Assembly (NCBI GenBank): GCA_900128395.1 | Contig: LT649325.1 | Coordinates: forward strand, 1 to 37,510 | Source of the DNA: Stramenopiles sp. TOSAG23-2 | Taxonomy: Eukaryota | Reading direction: 5' to 3' | Length of the DNA stretch: 37,510 bases | Part shown: positions 10,301 to 22,735 of the stretch, in pieces | Numbering within the stretch: the first letter of the stretch is position 1 | Layout of the letters: each line of letters starts with the position of its first letter | The notes under the pieces: generated by a model | What the model was told of the DNA's origin: nothing | What the model saw: only the letters and a program-made list of their open reading frames with translations | The model's database searches: none | Made by a program: the position numbers and the translations under genes

Positions 10301-11560
10301 TTATTGTAAATTTTCTACTATTCTTGGAGTTTCTAAACCTTTTGCTGTATCTCGTAATCGATTATAATCACCAATTGGATTAATAATAGTTCGACATGTT
10401 GGATTGACACACATGGCACAATTCATACCATATTGTGAGCTACAAACATCTCCATTTTTTAAATGGTTGTATACTAAATCTGCTTGTGCTTCAATGAACA
10501 ACGGCTCATCATTTAAAGATGGTGCGCGTTTTAATTGTATACCAACTTCCTCAGCCTCTTCTGCATATTCAATATCAATTTCATATAATGTTTCAATATG
10601 ATCTGATGTAAATGCAATTGGTACAGCAAGTACTTTTTTATGACCTTGCGCTGCTAAACCTTTGATAACCTCACCAGTTTGTGGTCCAAGCCATGGCAAT
10701 GGGCCAACTTGCGATTGCCATGCCATGATATATTTATTACTATAATTTAATTTTTCCATAACTGCTTGACATGTCGCACCAACTTCTTGTGGGTATTGAT
10801 CACCACGATTAACAACTCGCATTGGTAAGGAATGTGCAGTAAACACAATGACGACATTATCACGTTCCGATTCATCAAATTGTTCTAATCCAATTGTTAT
10901 TCGCTTTTTCACTGCATTCAAAAATCCATCATGTAATGGCCAGCGATCGATTAAGCTCCATTCGAAATCATCACCCATATTTAAACGTTTTAATTCTCTC
11001 CATAAATGATTCATGGATGATCCCGATGTAGTACAAGACCAATGTGGGTATTGCGAAAATGCAATAGCACGTGTGACACCATCTGCTTTCATTTGTAACA
11101 ATGTCTCCTCTGTAAGTGGCGCAGCATACCGAAACATGATATAATGTTTATGTGGTGCTGTTTCTGGTGAGATTTTATCAAGTATTTCAACCATACCTTG
11201 CCCCTGTTTCTCCGTCCATATACGAATAGGAGAACGGCCACCAATTTCATCATACTGTTTCCGTACCTTTGGTGTCCTTCGATGTGCAATCCAAGGACCT
11301 AAATAATTTTGTAATGGTCCTAATTGTATAATTTCACCATCATTGAATAGATTACTTAAAAATGGTCCAGTTTCATCTAAATCATTTGGTCCACCCATAT
11401 TCAACATAACAATTGCTGTTTTAGGTGGTGTTTCACCATCAATAGTTGTACCAAAATAATTTACATGTTTTATATTATTACTCCGTCGTAATACCATTTT
11501 TGTTGTGGATGAAAAAGAAGAACGACGTGTAACATTAATAATAAATTTTGAAGCAAACAT
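10301..11560 (-). CDS. FECH: Ferrochelatase, mitochondrial, [2Fe-2S]-type
   Basis: MLNMGGP, FSQYPHWSCTTSGSS, FTAHSLP, WQSQVGPLPWLGP, AFTSDHIETLYEID; C-terminal CAMCVNPTC cluster ligands; transit peptide from ATG at 11560. Confidence 0.96.
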   Translation of the reverse strand: MFASKFIINVTRRSSFSSTTKMVLRRSNNIKHVNYFGTTIDGETPPKTAIVMLNMGGPNDLDETGPFLSNLFNDGEIIQLGPLQNYLGPWIAHRRTPKVRKQYDEIGGRSPIRIWTEKQGQGMVEILDKISPETAPHKHYIMFRYAAPLTEETLLQMKADGVTRAIAFSQYPHWSCTTSGSSMNHLWRELKRLNMGDDFEWSLIDRWPLHDGFLNAVKKRITIGLEQFDESERDNVVIVFTAHSLPMRVVNRGDQYPQEVGATCQAVMEKLNYSNKYIMAWQSQVGPLPWLGPQTGEVIKGLAAQGHKKVLAVPIAFTSDHIETLYEIDIEYAEEAEEVGIQLKRAPSLNDEPLFIEAQADLVYNHLKNGDVCSSQYGMNCAMCVNPTCRTIINPIGDYNRLRDTAKGLETPRIVENLQ

Positions 11561-12544
11561 TTTCTTTTTTTTTTTTATAAAATGGGTATCTGTGATTATA
11601 TTTTCCGTTGTTTTATAATATATATATATGTATATATTTTCCCGTCGTTTCGTAATAATATATATTTTGTGAGTGTCCTGTAATATATGTATATATATAT
11701 ATGGTACCTTGTTTTGTTTTATTATATTCACCTTCGATTTCCCCCCCCGTGCTGCATTGCTCTCGATGTATTTTCTTCTGGATATATATTATATGACGTA
11801 TATTTTATTCGAAGAACTGTGAAATTTTGCTGTGGCTGGGTTTTTTTCTTTATCTTTGTTTCGAAGTACAAATTCCCTATCATGTTTCGTATAGTATACT
11901 CCTCGATCCATAAATCTCTAATTTAAATAAATTTCCTCCTTTATATTTACCTCGTAATCTAGATTTAAGAATACGAGGATACGAGGATGTAAACGATTAA
12001 AAATCATCACCTCTTTGCCTTAAAAAATCATCTAAATTCACTAAAATACTCTCGAAAATTTCTATCACGAAGAGTACCCAGAGTATAGTATCGTCTACGT
12101 AGTCCAGAGCCATGTATATATTCATACTTATTACAATACTATTCATAACACTATATATTGTTCGTCAATGTATTATTTAAAGGCAAATATTGGGAGAAAA
12201 AGAGGAATAAAAAAGCAGAAAAGTGAAATTCGATGGACAAATAATACCTTAAACCATTTCAAATCTCAAAGAACAGCAGTTAGGCCAATTCCGGTACACA
12301 TTTTTGCGAGATGCAACGATATATATATAAAATATATGTGTCTGTGCAAGGGGTGAGGAATGCATATCATATATATATATATATTACAGCCCCTGTTTTT
12401 CATCCATTCAAATATCTATAATTTTGATAAATTGAACTATTGTTGTTGTTATTATCATAATAATAATACCGACTGTATTTATATCGATACAACAAAGTGA
12501 ACGTACTATAAACAAAGCAAAAAATAATATAATATATATTATAT

Positions 12545-13810
12545 ATGAATATGAATGTGGAAAAAGGATTGATTGATGAGCAATCATTATCAGCAGCTGC
12601 ATCTGGTGTCCAGCAAGAATTAAAGGATGAAAAGGAAAAACCAACTAATATATTTCAAAAATTGATTTTAAATTTAAAAAATAGGCTGCAAAGGCTAAAG
12701 AAACAATCAAATACATTAACGTTGAAGAAACAGAAATCGGAAGAAATGTTAGAATATGAAAAAATTGCAGGGACAATAGGTGTGTTACTTTTTGGTAGAG
12801 AATATTGTGGTAAAAATACATTATTATTACATTTGCAACAATTGTTTGGCGAACCAGTTTCGGTCGATAATTTCTTTACTCCAATTATACATCAAATAAT
12901 TGTAGATGGGTGCAAAAATATTATAGAATTTGCTGAAGAAAAAGGGTTTGATTTAAGTGAATATAAAACGGAAATATTTGATATAAATGCATGTAAAAGT
13001 GATGATCCAATCTTACCAGAACATGTTTTAAGTTTCAAGCGATTTTGGAGTTCACCATTTGCTCAACAAGCATTTGATGAACGAAAAGAGAAAATATTTC
13101 AATATACACCTCTAGAGCCTTTGGAACATTACATCCCAAAATTAAACCAGATTTGCAAAAACGACTATATCCCTACATTCCAAGATGCAATTAGAATACC
13201 TATTAAATACACTAAACAAGGGATAAAAGATTTAAATATTAATATTGAAAATATACCATTTAAATTCACAGCATTATTGAATAATTCCACGTCTAATATA
13301 AAGAAAATTGGATTGCAATTCGATGAAACTCAATTACCAATACCAATCAGTTGTATATTATTTATGATGGAACTGCCTTATACCGATCCAAAATCAGCAC
13401 GTGCTTCAAGCAAACTACCGATTTCCGAGTTGTTACAAGAAGATTTAGATTTATTCGATAAGATCATTTCATTAAATTGTTTCCAAAATAAGCAAAGTTG
13501 TTTAATTTTATTGAGTAAAGCAGATTTGTTTTTTTATCAAGGATTACGACATGATACTCATGAAAATGTTTTGAATGAAATCATGGAAGAATTTCAACAA
13601 CGATGGGTTGAAAATAAAATGAAATACAAAGAAAGAAAAAAGAAAGAGCGAGATGAAGAGGGGGGAGGAGATGATGATCATATCGAGGACGATGCAAATA
13701 ATATATTTATCGATTTTAAAGTATGTTGCAATTTCAATGAGAAAGATGTCATTGAAACTATTTTAAAAATGCAAGATTTAATTGTAAAATCAGCAAGTAT
13801 GTTGTATTAA
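12545..13810 (+). CDS. Highly divergent heterotrimeric G-protein alpha-like protein
   Basis: VLLFGREYCGKNTLL (G1-like), helical-domain pattern (FWSSPFAQQAFDER; YIPTFQDAIR), ILLSKADLF (G4-like); DVGGQ absent. Confidence 0.75.
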   Translation: MNMNVEKGLIDEQSLSAAASGVQQELKDEKEKPTNIFQKLILNLKNRLQRLKKQSNTLTLKKQKSEEMLEYEKIAGTIGVLLFGREYCGKNTLLLHLQQLFGEPVSVDNFFTPIIHQIIVDGCKNIIEFAEEKGFDLSEYKTEIFDINACKSDDPILPEHVLSFKRFWSSPFAQQAFDERKEKIFQYTPLEPLEHYIPKLNQICKNDYIPTFQDAIRIPIKYTKQGIKDLNINIENIPFKFTALLNNSTSNIKKIGLQFDETQLPIPISCILFMMELPYTDPKSARASSKLPISELLQEDLDLFDKIISLNCFQNKQSCLILLSKADLFFYQGLRHDTHENVLNEIMEEFQQRWVENKMKYKERKKKERDEEGGGDDDHIEDDANNIFIDFKVCCNFNEKDVIETILKMQDLIVKSASMLY

Positions 13811-13975
13811 CGTACTACTCGATATTGCATGTATATATATTCAAATAGAAAGATGGGAAATGAATAGCTACAATATATATATAAAATATTATATATGTAT
13901 ATACACACAAAAAATATGCATTATATATATTATTAAATATACATATATATATATTTGTAACATTCAACATATACA

Positions 13976-16464
13976 ATGAAAACAATCCATAAAATCGTTT
14001 TAATTTTTTTTCTTATCGCAACTAACACAATAAATAATAGAAATGGAATTATAATAGTGCATGCAAAAAATGAAATATTAAAATCTACGCCTACATCAAA
14101 CAATCTATTGATTAGTCAAGATAAAATATTTAATGTTCAAGTTTCTCCAACTGTATTATCTGGTTCTCCGTTTGATATGATTATAACATTAGCTCCATTG
14201 AATTGCAAAAATAGCAACTCGCAGAATAATGAATCCAGTGCAATTTTATTATTGAACAAGTGCAAACCATGGTCTCCAAAAGTATTTTTTAATATTAAAA
14301 CCAGTGATAATAATATTACTACATTTGAAGGATCTTTAAATAATATAACTTCCACTTTAGGCATTGGAAATGGTCTTTCATTTAAAATATCAAAGCTTGT
14401 AATTCATAATTTAGGTCAACAAACGTTTACTGTTAAAATTTTTGATGAAAAAGATGTAAAAAAATCAGATGTAGCGCCGAAATTAAAAATAGACGATTCG
14501 AAAACGATGCATTTAAGTGTATTTTCCATCCCACCATTTTTGAGTGTTTTGCCACCTATTATTACATTGATACTTGCTGTTATTACAAAGCAAGTTATAC
14601 CATCATTATTTGTTGGAATTTGGAGCGGGGCATTTTTTAACTGTGGATATAATCCAATTGTATCTTTTTGCAATACATTTTCGATATATTTCGTTGATGC
14701 CATGGCATTAAATAATCATACTCCTGTAGTTTTATTTGCATTGGTTTTAGGTGGGGTATTGGAATTGGTTGATAAATCTGGAGGCGCTACAGGATTAGCC
14801 AAAATTGCACAAAAATTTGCTTCTACGAGATTTCGTGCACTGTTAATTGCATGGGGATTATCCATGTTTATATTTTTCGATGATTATAGTTGTATATTAA
14901 TTGTTGGCGCAACATTGAAACCAACATTACGAAAAGTAAAAGTAAGCCCAGCAAAATTAGCTTTTATAATACATATTGTTGGTGTCAATTTGCCTTCAAT
15001 CGTCCCAGTTTCTAGTTGGGTAGGTGTTGAGCTTGGATACATTCAAGATCAATATACTGAAATTTTTGGATTACATAGTTATGGATCTTTCTCAGTTTTT
15101 TTGCGTACATTGCCATATCGATTCTTTCCATTACTTAGTATATTAATACCATTGATTTCCATTTTAATAAAACGTGATTTAGGTGCATTGTTACAAGCAG
15201 AAAATGATTTTTTAAAAGATTTAAATGAACATGATGATGATGATGATGGGAAAACCACGGGCGTGGTAATAGAACATACAGAATCAAATTTACTAGATTT
15301 AGCCTCACCATTATCTGATGATGATAGTAATCATAATAGCAATAAGAAGGATGAGAAAAAAAACAAAAGCGAATGGTGTGGAAATGCAGTCATTCCGTTC
15401 AGTGTCATAATTATAGTAACATTTATTGGCATTATTACAAGTGGAACCAAAGCTTTAGATATTGCTAATGAAAACGATAGTGGGGATAAACACTATACAA
15501 TAATTGAGATTGTCGCTAACGCAGATTCTGTGAATGCATTGCTCTGGAGCTCTGCGGCATCATCATTTATTTGCATCGTATTATTTGCTATTCAATCTAT
15601 AATGGATTTGGATAGTATGGTTGATGCTTGGACTACTGGTTTTAAAGATATGATGTCACCAATATTGATTCTATTGTTAGCATGGGCATTAGGTTCTGTT
15701 ATTAATGATTTACATACTTCAGTATATTTATCAAGTATGCTACAAGGAAATTTGCCACCGGAATGGCTTGTGCCATTAGCTACTATATTAGCAGCGTAAG
15801 TTCTTCCCATATATAAAAAACTTTTTTTTCCCATCAACAATTATTTATTTTATATGTATACTAACACATATACCATACAAATGTAATACACACTGTGTGT
15901 ATTTTTTTTTCTTGTTTTGTCATTCATTTTGTTTCATATAACAGTATTGTTAGTTTTTCTGCTGGGTCGGCAATGGGAACAATGGGAATTTTATTCCCAC
16001 TAGTATTACCATTAGCATATACATTGTCGAATGGGGATGAAGAGATGGTAATGCAATCTGCAGCAGCTGTTTTGGCTGGTAGTACGTTTGGAAATACATG
16101 TAGCCCATTGGCTGATAATACAGTATTATCTTCATTGTCTACTGGATGTGACTTAGTACTACATGCAAAAACGATGATTCCATTTACTTTGTTGTCATTT
16201 TTTGTTAGTTTATTGGCTGGTACAATCCCTGTATCCTTAGGATGGTACTCTCCTGGAGTTGCATTGTTGATTTGTATTGTTGTAGTTGTTTTATTTTTAT
16301 TCATATTTGGTAAAGATGTTACGCATTTTGATGGAGAGAATAATAATAATAATAGTATAAGTAGTAGTGGTGGTGATGGTTTGAATATTAGTCGTAGTAA
16401 GAATCAAATTTTTAAATCGTCTACATCAAGTAATAGAGGCAATGATTATGAAATATTGTCATGA
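13976..16464 (+). CDS. NhaC-family Na+/H+ antiporter-like transporter with N-terminal soluble extension; exons 13976-15795 and 15945-16464
   Basis: SVLPP, IFFDDY, SFSAGSAMGTMGILFP and CSPLADNTVLSS motifs; phase-2 intron 15796-15944 (GTAAGT, TACTAAC at 15859, ACAG) joins the two ORFs in frame as ILAAIVSFSAG. Confidence 0.88.
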
Positions 16465-16755
16465 ATATACATAGATCGAGTTTGTGTGTGTGTGTGTGTG
16501 TTTAAAATTTCTCTAAAATGTAAATGATGCGTTGCAAATAATAAATAAAAAAAATGATGTGAAAAAAAAAATGACCTTTTTTATTTTTTATTTATTATTA
16601 TAAAATAATAAAAAAATAATCTAATAAATAATAAAGATAATAAAGTGAAATTCATATATATACTACGTAAAAAAAAATTACATACGGAGAAAAGCAAATA
16701 TCTTAGTATAACTAGATAGTATATATATTTATATATAACAACATTTATCATAGCA

Positions 16756-18156
16756 ATGGCATCGCTCGTAACTGATAATGAAACATCAACAACACCTTCA
16801 ACAACTAGTAGCTCGAATAATAATGGGAAAAAAGAATTAATGAGTCAAAGGTTTAAAAATATATGGAAAAATGGATTGAATATACCGCCAGAAGATGTGA
16901 CTGAAAAAGAAAAACCATACATTCCAAAACTTCGAGACGAATTAATAAAAGCACGTGGGGAATGCCCAGATAATTGGCGTGCTTACTTTTATAAAGACCA
17001 TACTCTGCTTAGATTTTTAAGAGCGCGTGATCTTAATCTAAAAAAAGCAACTTTTATGATAACTGAAGCAATTAAATGGTTTGAGGCGGACAAAATCGAA
17101 GGTCGTATAGGTGGTTCGTTTTGGGAAATTTTAGATGCTGCTGAACAGGAAGATAGCGAGGAAGATAAAGCACTATGGAAGCAACATCGACCACATGGTA
17201 TTTATGGCATTGATCGTCGTGGTAATCCTGTTCAGTATTTTCGATATGGTGGATTTGATGACGAAGGTTTAGGTAAAAATTTGAAAGGTTTAAAATCAGA
17301 TAAAGATTTCTCAAACGAAGGAATTTTCGCTAATCCCGGGGCTTGCACATGGGTAAGGCAATTCATGTTCAATGGAATGTCAAATGCAGTTGATATGTTT
17401 GAAGCTGCAGAGAAAAAAGGTGAAATGTTTATGGGGACAATTCAAGTATGGGATTTAAAGGGCACATCATTTGGACGGGGTAGATCCAATTGGCCATATA
17501 TGGCATATATTTTAGGAACCTTTAAAATTTTAGATAATTTCCCGGAAGCAACAAAAACAATTTATTTCACAAATGCACCGTGGTTCATGAAATTTGCCCT
17601 TGGACTAATAAAACCATTATTACCAGCAGCTACAAGGAAAAAATTATCTGTTCACCGGACTGAGAAAAGCTGGCTAAAAGCAATGCAAAAACAAATTGAT
17701 TTAGATCAAATACCAGAATTTCTAGGAGGAACAAATAAAACTCCATGGCCTCATGGAGAGGGTGGCGTAGTACATAGTAGCATATCAGATGGTGAAAATG
17801 AAGGTGCTATGCAAATCCATGTCTCAGTGCAAGAACGTACATCAGTGAAAGTTCAAGAAGGTCAAACAGTTATTTTTGAATTTAAATGTTTAGGAAAAAA
17901 AGCTAGTATTGATTATGCCGTATTTGCTGATGAGACTGAGATTGTTGAGAAAACAAAATTAAAAAGTACTGATGGATGGAGTACTGGCAAATTTGAAGCA
18001 TACGATGAAACAACTATATCTGCTACATTCACGGGAAAAGAAAAGGATGTCTTGTATAGATTCACTTTTGAACGTACGGAAGACTTGAAGAAAGCGAAAG
18101 GAGATGATAGTGAAGATGATAGTGATGATGATGATGATGATAGCGACGAGGATTGA
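16756..18156 (+). CDS. SEC14-like CRAL-TRIO lipid-binding protein with probable C-terminal GOLD domain
   Basis: DHTLLRFLRARDLN, GIDRRGNPV, VWDLKG, NFPE..YFTNAPW, DQIPEFLGG; beta-rich C-terminus and acidic tail. Confidence 0.9.
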   Translation: MASLVTDNETSTTPSTTSSSNNNGKKELMSQRFKNIWKNGLNIPPEDVTEKEKPYIPKLRDELIKARGECPDNWRAYFYKDHTLLRFLRARDLNLKKATFMITEAIKWFEADKIEGRIGGSFWEILDAAEQEDSEEDKALWKQHRPHGIYGIDRRGNPVQYFRYGGFDDEGLGKNLKGLKSDKDFSNEGIFANPGACTWVRQFMFNGMSNAVDMFEAAEKKGEMFMGTIQVWDLKGTSFGRGRSNWPYMAYILGTFKILDNFPEATKTIYFTNAPWFMKFALGLIKPLLPAATRKKLSVHRTEKSWLKAMQKQIDLDQIPEFLGGTNKTPWPHGEGGVVHSSISDGENEGAMQIHVSVQERTSVKVQEGQTVIFEFKCLGKKASIDYAVFADETEIVEKTKLKSTDGWSTGKFEAYDETTISATFTGKEKDVLYRFTFERTEDLKKAKGDDSEDDSDDDDDDSDED

Positions 18157-18369
18157 AAGAGAGATTAGTAAGAGTTTAATGTACATACGAAGTACATATG
18201 TGTATATATATTTGTGTGCGTGTAATAATATCATATCATACGACGACGAATTCGTACGAGTATTATATTACGACTTCTCGTAATTTTTTTTAAAAAAATA
18301 CAGTGTAATAAACTGCTTCTTTTAATAATTTTCGTATGATATTATCATATTATATTATAGATCTATTTT

Positions 18370-20625
18370 TTACAATCTTGAACCATTACCACCAATATCC
18401 AACATGATTTTTTGTTTTAGACGTAAAGCAATATCATATGTCAAGGCTAAGCATGTTATCATAGGATTTGCACCACTAGGTGTAGGAAACAGTGATGTAT
18501 CAGCTACATATAAATTTTCCACCTCATGCAATTCACCAGTATCTTTACATACACCTTGACTTGGTTTGTTGCTCATTTTTGCTGTACCCATTTGATGCGC
18601 TGATATTATAACATTTTTAAAATTAGCTGTCACACCTGCTGCTGCCATTTTTTCTACATATTCATCAATAATTTCTCGTCTTTCCTCTTCTTTTCCTTCT
18701 TCATTTGGTAGATCAACTACGCCATTTAATGGTATTACACTACTCATAATTTTCTCCGCACCAACTGCTGCACTTATACGTATTAACATTTCACTACCTT
18801 CAACTAATGAATCCCTATCGTGCTGTGACAATGGATAATAGAGCCTGGCATTACCATCGCTATCTATCTGTATAGACCCAGAACCTTTATCACGTGATAA
18901 TGCTATGGTTACAAATGAATTTGGAAGGAACAATAAATCACGGCGGTTTTGCTTTGGATTTAACCACGGCAATTGAGCACCACCAAATCCTACATGGACA
19001 CTAGGGCATTCCAATTTCACACCGTAATGACTACCATCTGATCCACCACTAGCAGCATTTGATACCGTAGTCATTGGCGCACCATCCCAAACCTTGATCT
19101 CCTTTGGCAACGCTGCTACACATCCAACTACAGGATGTAGCCTTAAATTTTTACCAATCAACCCATTTGAATTTGGTACTTTTGACCTCAAAAGCAAAGC
19201 TGGTGTATTAATTGCTCCACATGAAATTATCACACCTTTTCTTGCTGTTATTTTAATCTTCTTTTCTATCACCAGACCATTTTTTTTATCGTTTACTATA
19301 AATTTCCCTACAACACCAGATGCTTTTTTCCCATCATGCATAATGGTATCTATGTAACATTGATCAATAAATTGACAGCCATTATTAGCTGCGTCTTGTA
19401 AAAACGTTTCTGGTGTACTATTTTTTATACCAAATTTATCGCCGATGGATATATCTCCAGAGCCTAATCTGTATGTACTAGTATTTTTCATATTTTGCCC
19501 AGTTGCTTCAGCGCTATACCCACATGCTTTACAACCATCAAGAAACAATTGATTTGTTATATTATGTGTAATGTCATTTCCCTCAACGACACCAATACGA
19601 TTGCAGACATAATCAATGGCCTTGGAGAACGATGTGGATGATGGACCAAACCTTTTCAATCCAAAATGTTCCCATTCCTCTCGAACAAATCCAGGAGTTC
19701 GCAAAGAACATGCCCAATTAACAGCTGTTCCACCACCAAACGCACTACCAGCTAATACAGCTATACCAGTGTCTTCTGTGATTAATACACCACCTTTTTC
19801 ATACATATTATTAAATCCATGTTCTTCCGTTCCTTCCATATCTTGCCATGTTAAATATTCAGCTTTTTCAATTACAACAATTTTTAAACCTTTAATTTCA
19901 GATAAAACAGATGCCATTACACTTCCACCACAACCAGTGCCAACAATTACAATGTCCACGTCCATCTCGATTACTTGATCATCGGTATCAGCAGCACCAT
20001 GATTATTATCATTACTAGCGAAATCATCGTTTAACATTTTATATTGAAACTCTTTGCGTTGAGATTTTTTACGTTCTGCTTCGACAACATCATTTGATAA
20101 TGGTCGATCATATTTTAATACATCCCATGATGGATTACGTTTTGTCGTTGCTGTTGTAGCACTTAGAAAAACTAAGGATATTAAACCTTTCAAAGAATTA
20201 AAACCCTTGCGTAAATCTGGTATCCATGATGATGCAAAATTAGATAAAATATCTACACGAGATTCAAGCGGGAGCTCGTTGAAAGGTGTGTAATATGTGC
20301 CAAAACTAAGTGCAAATGTTCCAAGCGACGTTGATAATGCAGAAAACAATAAATTAGTTTGAAAAATAATATCAGATGGAATTTGTTTAAAAAATAATTC
20401 TTCAACTTTATCCGCTGTACCAACAGATTCTGCATTTCGTTTACAAAATTCCATCACCAATCGTTTCCTTTCTAATGTATACTTGACACCAGATTTAATT
20501 TGAAACGCTTTGTCTTCTTGAATAATATCATTTGTCTCGATATCGGATAGGCTTGGATAAAAAGTATCACATATAGATTGTAAGATAATCTTTTGCGACT
20601 CTGTAAATTTTTGATTTTGTGTCAT
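18370..20625 (-). CDS. FAO: Long-chain fatty alcohol oxidase (GMC oxidoreductase), peroxisomal
   Basis: ICDTFYPS N-terminus, IVGTGCGG FAD motif, GSAFGGGTAVNWACS, IGKNLRLHP, SAHQMGT, PTPSGANPMIT; C-terminal PTS1 SRL. Confidence 0.9.
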   Translation of the reverse strand: MTQNQKFTESQKIILQSICDTFYPSLSDIETNDIIQEDKAFQIKSGVKYTLERKRLVMEFCKRNAESVGTADKVEELFFKQIPSDIIFQTNLLFSALSTSLGTFALSFGTYYTPFNELPLESRVDILSNFASSWIPDLRKGFNSLKGLISLVFLSATTATTKRNPSWDVLKYDRPLSNDVVEAERKKSQRKEFQYKMLNDDFASNDNNHGAADTDDQVIEMDVDIVIVGTGCGGSVMASVLSEIKGLKIVVIEKAEYLTWQDMEGTEEHGFNNMYEKGGVLITEDTGIAVLAGSAFGGGTAVNWACSLRTPGFVREEWEHFGLKRFGPSSTSFSKAIDYVCNRIGVVEGNDITHNITNQLFLDGCKACGYSAEATGQNMKNTSTYRLGSGDISIGDKFGIKNSTPETFLQDAANNGCQFIDQCYIDTIMHDGKKASGVVGKFIVNDKKNGLVIEKKIKITARKGVIISCGAINTPALLLRSKVPNSNGLIGKNLRLHPVVGCVAALPKEIKVWDGAPMTTVSNAASGGSDGSHYGVKLECPSVHVGFGGAQLPWLNPKQNRRDLLFLPNSFVTIALSRDKGSGSIQIDSDGNARLYYPLSQHDRDSLVEGSEMLIRISAAVGAEKIMSSVIPLNGVVDLPNEEGKEEERREIIDEYVEKMAAAGVTANFKNVIISAHQMGTAKMSNKPSQGVCKDTGELHEVENLYVADTSLFPTPSGANPMITCLALTYDIALRLKQKIMLDIGGNGSRL

Positions 20626-21168
20626 GTTGTCTATACGTATACGACAAAATCAAATCAAAAATTTACATAGAGTAGTACAAGATTTGCATGGTTTATGTGA
20701 AGATGATTCCCACTCTTGGTTTTTTTAACAAGAAGATGGCATATATATATATCTAATAATAATATATATTAATAAATAAAATCGAATTTTTTTATTACTC
20801 TTTCTTCTTCTTGTTGCACTCTTCTTCCAAATTGAGAGTTAAATATGGTGTAAGGTTTTACCGGGTTTTAAGTTACCAAACTGACTATTTAGAGTGGAAT
20901 AGTAATAATAATATCCGATAATAAATAATTATGGAATATTTCCAGAAACTTATTCTATGATTATTTTTAGATGATAAAAATTCCTGAAATGTTATTGATT
21001 TTTTTGCTTCCCTATCCCCTCATTAAAAATCTGCCTTCTTTGTATCAATGGCACAATGAATAATTTTAATGAACAGAGTATATGTAATGCGTAAAAAAGA
21101 TTAAACGTGTCGTAAATATGATAATGTGAAACTTAAAATACGAATGTACTAGATTTTTATTAAAAAAT

Positions 21169-22372
21169 TTACAATGAACTAAATCGTTGTGAAAAACCTC
21201 TCATTGTACTTAACATTTCCATCATGATCTCCTCCACTACATCTTTTGCAGGTTTAACAACATTCAACGCACCACAAGATTGTCCGACTGCGACCCCAGA
21301 TACACCTTGTGAATTCCAATTTTCAACTACACGCATGTTTTGGAAACTTCCACTTGGTACTGCACCAGCTGGTGCTTTTTTGCCCCACCTGCCATTTTTT
21401 GCATCATGATTAAATGGTATAATACCTTCACTTAATAATTTTCTTTTCTCTTCTTGGCGTTCGAATTCCCATTCTTTGGAATAATCATTTAAAATATGAC
21501 GCATTGGACGACCAGTATAAATTTCACTTTGAATAGTATCATCAGATCTTGATTTTTTAATTGTTTCTTGGTATCCTGGATGTACATTTGCTTCTGGTGT
21601 CATAATAAAACGACTACCAAGCCATACACCATCACAACCTAATGCAAACGATGCAGCTACGCCACGTCCATCATAAATCCCACCGGCACCTACTAACAAG
21701 ATTCCTGTACCTCGTAATGCATCTGCAACTTGAGGAATAAGAACCATGGTAGTAATTGCACCAGTATGGGCACCTGCTTCTGTACCTTGAGCACATACAA
21801 TATCGACACCTGCTTTAATGCAACCACTGACATGTTTTGGCGAACCTATCATATTCATAACAATAGTACCATTTTGGTGCATTTTATCTACAACCCATTT
21901 TGGTGGCAAACCCACAGCACATACAAATAATTCAATTTTTTCTTCCACCATGACATCTACCAACCCATTTAACTGACCACCAGTATAATCTTTATTAGTT
22001 TTACGTGCACTTCCACCTACTTTTGGCAATAATAAATCAACACCAATAGGTTTCGATGTCATCGTTCGTGTATGTCTAATACAATCACGTAACTCATCTG
22101 GGGACAAACCAATTGCTCCAATGGTACCTATACCACCTGCATTGGATACGGCAGCTACTAAATCTGGCCCAGCCACACCAGCCTTATCATATATATATAT
22201 AAATAATTGTAAACATTTTGCTATGTGTTAGTTTTTTTGTTTGTATCAAAAAAATAAAAGTAAAAAAAGGTCTATGATGTATATATATAATCACAAAACT
22301 TACCATTCCCGCCGACATAATTGGTACATCAATTTTTAATAATTCTGTTAAAGATGTTTTAAAAGGTTGCAT
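21169..22372 (-). CDS. Nitronate monooxygenase / 2-nitropropane dioxygenase family flavoprotein; exons 22372-22304 and 22182-21169
   Basis: PIMSAGM|AGVAGPDLVAAVSNAGGIG after removing phase-0 intron 22183-22303 (GTAAGT, ACTAAC, AAG); AQGTEAGAH, GAGGIYDGRG, GVWLGSRF; ends SSL (PTS1-like). Confidence 0.92.
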
Positions 22373-22460
22373 GTTTTTTTTTTGGTTATATATTTTATTA
22401 GTATTATTAAAATATATTTATTATGTTATATGTATATATAGTTTGTATATGTGTTTGTCT

Positions 22461-22491
<31 letters not shown>

Positions 22492-22582
22492 GCAATATCA
22501 ATTGTACGAAATATATAAAAAAGATATTCTATTCTTACATGGCACCATGAGAGGATGGGACAGACGAAAATATGAAAATATG

Positions 22583-22735
22583 GCAAAGGCCAGCGTGGGC
22601 CAGCAGAAGGCAACAAAGCCAGAAAGCACCAAAAATGTTGTTGATGAAAAAAAAATTCACTCGACAAAAAAAATGAGAAAGCTTAAGCTGGAAAGCTGGA
22701 AAGCCAGGAAAGCCTGGAAAGCTGATGGAAAGCTG
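22583..22735. repeat. GC-rich island with GGAAAGC(T/C) short-unit array
   Basis: AAGCTGGAAAGCTGGAAAGCCAGGAAAGCCTGGAAAGCTGATGGAAAGCTG at 22685-22735; GCCAG motifs at 22583-22630. Confidence 0.8.

Noticed and set aside
11561..11731. N-terminal ORF extensions from upstream TTG/GTG starts (FECH here, also TPP1, DP and the Cys-rich gene)
   Set aside because: They translate AT-rich leader sequence; downstream ATGs give proper targeting peptides
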